Shown one piece after another: positions 59,297 to 64,000 of a stretch of 64,000 nucleotides of DNA. The stretch covers positions 5,376,001 to 5,440,000 of the forward strand of contig JBKAGP010000001.1 in the NCBI GenBank assembly GCA_046290465.1. The letters are read 5' to 3'. Both the position numbers and the translations under genes were made by a program. Position 1 is the first letter of the stretch. Each line of letters starts with the position of its first letter. The notes under the pieces were generated by a model, which worked only from the letters and a program-made list of their open reading frames with translations, did no database searches and was not told the DNA's origin. The stretch is from Planctomycetota bacterium. Its GTDB lineage: Bacteria; Planctomycetota; UBA1135; UBA2386.

Positions 59297-59380
59297 GGTT
59301 CTGGCCCCAGGAACGACGGGTGGCGCCGAGGTCGGCCAACCTTGCCGCAAATCGGTCGCGGCGCCGCGCTCGGTCCGCGC

Positions 59381-60994
<1,614 letters not shown>

Positions 60995-61001
60995 CGGCCG
61001 C

Positions 61002-61541
61002 TCAGTTGGTGCGAACGTGGAAGCGGTCGTGACCGGGACTCTCCGACTCGAGCTGCTCCACCTGGATCTCGACCTCGAAGCGGCGTGCCAGGCCCTTCAG
61101 CAGGCCGAGCACCATCGGCGAGAGGCCTTCGCGCTCCGATCGGTAGTGCAGGATGCTCGAGCCGTCGTCGAGCGGTTCGCGCTCGAAGCTCGGCGGGATC
61201 AGCTTCGGCATGGTGCCGCCGATGCGCGCGTGCATCGAGTCGAGGTTCTCGAGGAAGTCCTCGAGCGTGTTGCCCATCATCGCGAGCAGGTCGCCGTAGC
61301 CCTCCTCGATCGTGTAGGCCGTCCAGTACTCGCCGAACGCCTCGAGCACCGCTGCCGGCTCCATCTCGAGTTCCTGCGAGGCGGCCCCGACGAGTGCGTA
61401 GGTGATCGCGTCGTCGTACGCGTCCATGGCCACGAAGTTCGGCTCGCTGATCTCGGCGCGTTCGCAGATGCGCGTCCAGGTCGGCTCTCCGAACTTCTCC
61501 TTGATCAGCCCTTCGACGGCACGATTCACGAGTCCATACAT
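61002..61541 (-). CDS. Heme NO-binding (H-NOX) protein
   Basis: MYGLVN, YDD..TY.LV.AA, FLENLDSMH (proximal His), PPSF, YRSER (YxSxR). Confidence 0.95.
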   Translation of the reverse strand: MYGLVNRAVEGLIKEKFGEPTWTRICERAEISEPNFVAMDAYDDAITYALVGAASQELEMEPAAVLEAFGEYWTAYTIEEGYGDLLAMMGNTLEDFLENLDSMHARIGGTMPKLIPPSFEREPLDDGSSILHYRSEREGLSPMVLGLLKGLARRFEVEIQVEQLESESPGHDRFHVRTN

Positions 61542-61681
61542 GGTGATCTCGCTATCGGGTTTTCCGTACCGTCGGGTCAAACCGACGATGCGGCGGAGCA
61601 TGGGGGAGTTCCCTAGGCCGGTGTTCGAACAGGCCTAGCCGTGGGCGGTTCCATGCCGCGCAGATCTCGCCGTGGCGGGCC

Positions 61682-62641
61682 TCAGCGCGGCGTCGATTCG
61701 ATCCACATGCGCTGGAGCTGGCGCACGTTGCCCGGCGTGTCGCGGTAGGCGGTGCGGTTGTGCGCGAGCCTGCGGTTGTTGACCCACAGGATCTCGCTGC
61801 GTTCGAGCTGGAACCGCATCACGTTGTCCTCGCTCTCGAGCAGGCGGTCGAGTTCGTCGAGTGCCTCGAGTTGCCGCGGGGCGAGCGGCTGCTCGGCGCG
61901 ACGCTGGCCGGTCTCGATCCAGTAGCGCATGTAGCGGAACAGCAGGCCACCCGGACGGTCGCACAGCTGGAACACCGGGAACCGGTTGCGCAGCAGGTTG
62001 GCGAGGTTCTTCTCGCGGCCGGGCGTGACGACGTCGCGGATCAGCGGACGCTCGAGCAGCGCCGCCAGCTCGGGGGCGCGGTCGCGCAGCTGGTGGTAGG
62101 CGCGCACCGCGTTGCTGACGAGGCTCTCGCCGCCGTTGTGGCTCGGCTGTTCGCACAGCAGGCCGACGAAGTCCGGCACCACGTCGACCGAGCTGCTGTC
62201 GGTATGGAAGCTGGTCTCGGCGTTGGTCATCGAGACCGGGATCGCCTGCTGCTCGTGCGAGCCGCCGCGGTCGACGACCGGGTAGAGCCGGCCGTACTGC
62301 AGCATCGGTTGGCCGAGCGCGCACCCGTAGGCGGTGTAGAAGCAGCGCAGCTGCTCCTCGTCGAGGCCGAGCTGCTCGATGCCTTCGAGCACGACCAGGC
62401 CGCAGCCCGACTCGAGCTCGGTGCGCACCTCGTCGGCGAAGCGGCGCAGCTCGGGCCACTGCTCGGGCTGCCAGGAGAAGTCCGCCGCCGCCGTCCCGGG
62501 AGCCCCCGAGACGAACACCAGGATTTCGTTCGACACCCCGGCCGGCAGGCAGCGTCGCCAGCGAGCGCTACCCTGCAGCTGCGGGGCTGACCAGAGCCAC
62601 TCTGGCTCGAGGGAAGGGATCGGGACGACGGCGGCGGTCAT
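61682..62641 (-). CDS. TauD/TfdA family Fe(II)/2-oxoglutarate-dependent oxygenase
   Basis: FHTD, GLLC, GGES, VNNRRLAHNR; GGAG SD. Confidence 0.88.
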   Translation of the reverse strand: MTAAVVPIPSLEPEWLWSAPQLQGSARWRRCLPAGVSNEILVFVSGAPGTAAADFSWQPEQWPELRRFADEVRTELESGCGLVVLEGIEQLGLDEEQLRCFYTAYGCALGQPMLQYGRLYPVVDRGGSHEQQAIPVSMTNAETSFHTDSSSVDVVPDFVGLLCEQPSHNGGESLVSNAVRAYHQLRDRAPELAALLERPLIRDVVTPGREKNLANLLRNRFPVFQLCDRPGGLLFRYMRYWIETGQRRAEQPLAPRQLEALDELDRLLESEDNVMRFQLERSEILWVNNRRLAHNRTAYRDTPGNVRQLQRMWIESTPR

Positions 62642-62654
62642 GTGCGAGCTCCGG

Positions 62655-63410
62655 TCACTTCTGGATCTGGAAGGCAAGGTGCAGCGGCAGATCGCGGAGC
62701 GGGCCGAACCACTCGGGGTCCAGCGCCAGGTGCTCCTCGGTCGCGCGCAGTTCGCTCAGCTTGGGCATGCGTTCGAAGCCGGCCGCTGCGAGGCCGGTCA
62801 TGTAGTCCTCGAGCGTCTTGTGCACGCTGCGGACCGGAACGCTCTTGCCGTCGCGGCGCCAGATCTTGCCTTCGAACTGGCGGTCGCGGCCGGAGAAGTA
62901 ACCCTTGCCTTCGGGCTCGAAATAGAACGGGGCGACCTTCTCCCCCAGGAACGCGAGCGACGGGTGCGGCACCGCGAACACGAAGCGCCCACCCGGGCGC
63001 AGCACGCGGTGCACCTCGCGCATCACGTGGCGGGTGCGGTTCAGGTCGATGTAGTTGAACAGGAACACGGCGACGCACAGGTCGCGGCTCTCCGACGCGA
63101 TCTCCGAGAGGTCGCTGGCGTCGCCGGCCGAGTAGGTGATGCCGAGGCCTTCGCGCTGCTCGCGCTGCTGCGCACCGCGGATCATCTCCTCGGAGACGTC
63201 GATGCCGTGGATGCGGCCGGCGCCTCGCTCCTTGAGCTTGCGCGCGAAGTAGCCTTCGCCGCAGCCGAGGTCGAGCACGTCGAGGCCCTTCACCGGCTGG
63301 CACCACTCGAGCAGGAACGGCCGCGCGGTGAAGTCCGACAGCAGGATCGGCTCGGTGCGCTGCCAGTCGTCGCTGGCCTGGTCGTAGAGCTGTTGGGTCG
63401 AGACGCTCAC
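62655..63410 (-). CDS. Class I SAM-dependent methyltransferase
   Basis: VLDLGCGEG, GIDVSEEMI, RVLRPGGRFVF; GTGA overlap with HDO stop. Confidence 0.92.
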   Translation of the reverse strand: MSVSTQQLYDQASDDWQRTEPILLSDFTARPFLLEWCQPVKGLDVLDLGCGEGYFARKLKERGAGRIHGIDVSEEMIRGAQQREQREGLGITYSAGDASDLSEIASESRDLCVAVFLFNYIDLNRTRHVMREVHRVLRPGGRFVFAVPHPSLAFLGEKVAPFYFEPEGKGYFSGRDRQFEGKIWRRDGKSVPVRSVHKTLEDYMTGLAAAGFERMPKLSELRATEEHLALDPEWFGPLRDLPLHLAFQIQK

Positions 63411-64000
63411 GCCCGCACCTCCGTCTCGTCGCCGAGGATCGTGCGGTAGAGGTCGTCCCAGAACTCGCAGCGCAGCTGCAGCGCGGTCAGCATGCCGCTG
63501 CGCAGCTCGGCGAATCCGCCCGGCGCCTGCGCCAGGTCCCTGGCGATCTCGAGCAGGTCCTGCTGGTGCTGGTCGTCGACCAGGCAGTGCAGCTCGAAGA
63601 ACACGAACTCGTGGCGGCGCAGCTTGCCCATCGACAGGATGCCTTCGATCAGCTGCTCGTAGACCGGACGCACGATGTGCTCGGTGCCGAGGCCGAGCGC
63701 GCCGACGGCCTGCGCCGGCGTCGCGCGACGCAGGAAGTTCTCGAAGCGCTCGCGCCAGCGGCGCGCGGCGGGGCGCGGCTGCTGCAGTTCGCGGTCGGCG
63801 ATGCCCATCGCGTCACAGAAGCGGCGGAACAGCTTCGGGTGCGGCACGCCCTGCACGGTGCGCGGGTCGATGCCGACCTTGCGCAGCTCGTCGCACTCGT
63901 CCTCGCCGAGATGGCCCTGCTCCTCTTCGAGGTTGTGGGCCAGCAGATGGCGGTGCTCCTCCGACTCGAGGCGCGAGATGACCGCCTTCAGGTAGCGCGG
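63407..64000 (-). CDS. Heme-oxygenase-like diiron oxidase (iron-containing redox enzyme, CADD/PqqC-like fold), 5' part outside the window
   Basis: Frame open to the window edge: NLEEEQGH...VPHPKLF...GLGTEHIV...FFELHCLVDDQH, giving an E/H/E/H/D/H diiron ligand set. Confidence 0.85.
   Translation of the reverse strand, partial: PRYLKAVISRLESEEHRHLLAHNLEEEQGHLGEDECDELRKVGIDPRTVQGVPHPKLFRRFCDAMGIADRELQQPRPAARRWRERFENFLRRATPAQAVGALGLGTEHIVRPVYEQLIEGILSMGKLRRHEFVFFELHCLVDDQHQQDLLEIARDLAQAPGGFAELRSGMLTALQLRCEFWDDLYRTILGDETEVRA

Noticed and set aside
63407..64000. PqqC or TenA assignment for the terminal gene
   Set aside because: No pqq or thiamine genes are adjacent in the window, and the E/H/E/H/D/H set fits a diiron HDO better; the N-terminus is outside the window.

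Overview
High-GC bacterial chromosomal segment, most likely from an uncultured Planctomycetota member (DUF1501 and PSD1/planctomycete cytochrome c genes, many secreted beta-propeller and carboxypeptidase-regulatory-like proteins). I call about 48 protein-coding genes and see no rRNA, tRNA, CRISPR array or mobile element. Most long ORFs in the supplied track are antisense or off-frame shadows. Four features stand out. (1) At the right end, a co-oriented cassette of heme-oxygenase-like diiron oxidase (HDO), SAM methyltransferase and TauD-type Fe/2OG oxygenase lies directly upstream of an sGC-like H-NOX gas sensor and an HNOBA hybrid histidine kinase. This is a candidate NOS-independent 'make NO and sense it' module. 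(2) A norC/norB-like operon has a large subunit that has lost the helix-VI FeB ligands and carries a His-to-Met heme-ligand swap; it is translationally coupled to a cysteine desulfurase-like gene. (3) An AhpD-like gene split by the ORF track has an in-frame CxxU (TGA) with a SECIS-like hairpin, plus a second in-frame TAG. (4) Two patterns recur across the window: -10 boxes 6-7 nt before start codons (leaderless mRNAs) and Gln at +1 of signal peptides. All family assignments are by motif recognition, not database search.
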